Shown here in pieces: positions 24,027 to 24,529 of a DNA stretch of 24,529 bases (position 1 is its first letter; each line of letters begins with the position of its first letter). The stretch spans positions 1 to 24,529 of IMG/VR virus record IMGVR_UViG_3300012878_000055. One strand, written 5' to 3'. Origin of the DNA: a virus (Duplodnaviria; Caudoviricetes). Under the pieces are notes generated by a model. The model was not told the DNA's origin. It ran no database searches and saw only the letters and a program-made list of their open reading frames with translations. The position numbers and the translations under genes were made by a program.

Positions 24027-24529
24027 TAATCCACCTTCGCGCCCTGAGCGCTCTTCAGAGCCTCGGCCAGCTTGGCGACACCCCAGCGACGGTCGAAGAC
24101 GACACCTGCGGCTTCCAGCTCGGCAACCAGCGCAGTCTTCTCAGCGTCAGAACCCAGCTCGGCCGCTGCGGTGGGCGCCGCTTCCGCCGGCGCGGTCGAT
24201 GCTGCGTCGACAGACGCTGCCTCGCCAGAGACAGGAGCCGCCTCGGCTCCACCTTCCTCGGCACCGCCAGTCGACGGCCCAACCACCTTGATATCGGCCG
24301 GCGCTGGCTGGAGCGTGACGACGGGGCCGGGCTGGCTCGGGGAAGGTGCAGCGGCGGGTTTCGTGGAGGCGGGTGCCGAACCATCGAACTGCTGCACCAG
24401 GCCTTTCCCGATCAGGGTGTATGCGTATTCGTCTTCGACGTTCTCGAATACCTGGCCGGCGCGCGTGGGCGAACGCGAGTCGCCGTTCGTGTCGGGGCCC
24501 AGCTTCTCCACGTCGCCGCAGAAGCCCCA
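24026..24529 (-). CDS. Partial hypothetical phage protein with Ala/Pro linker and C-terminal HeH-like motif
   Basis: Frame is open to the window edge; low-complexity linker; LVAELEAAGVVFDRRWGVAKLAEAL C-terminus; TAATG overlap with the connector gene. Confidence 0.75.
   Translation of the reverse strand, partial: WGFCGDVEKLGPDTNGDSRSPTRAGQVFENVEDEYAYTLIGKGLVQQFDGSAPASTKPAAAPSPSQPGPVVTLQPAPADIKVVGPSTGGAEEGGAEAAPVSGEAASVDAASTAPAEAAPTAAAELGSDAEKTALVAELEAAGVVFDRRWGVAKLAEALKSAQGAKVD

Larger units (their letters stand above)
2724..24529. mobile_element. Temperate siphovirus prophage (partial), probably integrated in tRNA-Gly(CCC)
   Basis: att-like tRNA fragment at the left boundary with IHF/arm sites; contiguous long non-contractile tail gene module; lower-GC accessory genes near the att end. 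No integrase in the window. Confidence 0.9.

Overview
High-GC (Stenotrophomonas/Xanthomonadaceae-like, inferred) window. Bases 1-2723 look like host DNA (three hypothetical/secreted-protein genes). At 2724-2770 a 3' fragment of tRNA-Gly(CCC), with an adjacent IHF site and arm-like inverted repeat, marks one end of a temperate siphovirus prophage that runs past the right edge. The minus strand from 24529 to about 8226 is a head-completion/tail operon: connector, adaptor, gp10-like protein, tail terminator, major tail protein, frameshifted G/GT chaperones, SPRY-hub and Dit-like genes unusually placed BEFORE the tape measure gene, a lipoprotein moron, the tape measure protein and a modular 1652-aa fibre. 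Between the fibre and the att site lies a lower-GC accessory region. It holds a second att-like core (tRNA-Phe 3' fragment with terminator and tandem arm-like repeats), a putative HEPN RNase, and a coreless arm-like remnant. It also holds a P63C gene with a 19-bp-periodic operator array, a PLD-like nuclease gene and a proteasome/HslV-like Ntn hydrolase with Ser1-Asp17-Lys33. These last three genes are bracketed by two paralogous, probably leaderless genes sharing a 21-bp upstream motif. All family calls are from motif recognition by eye; no searches were run.
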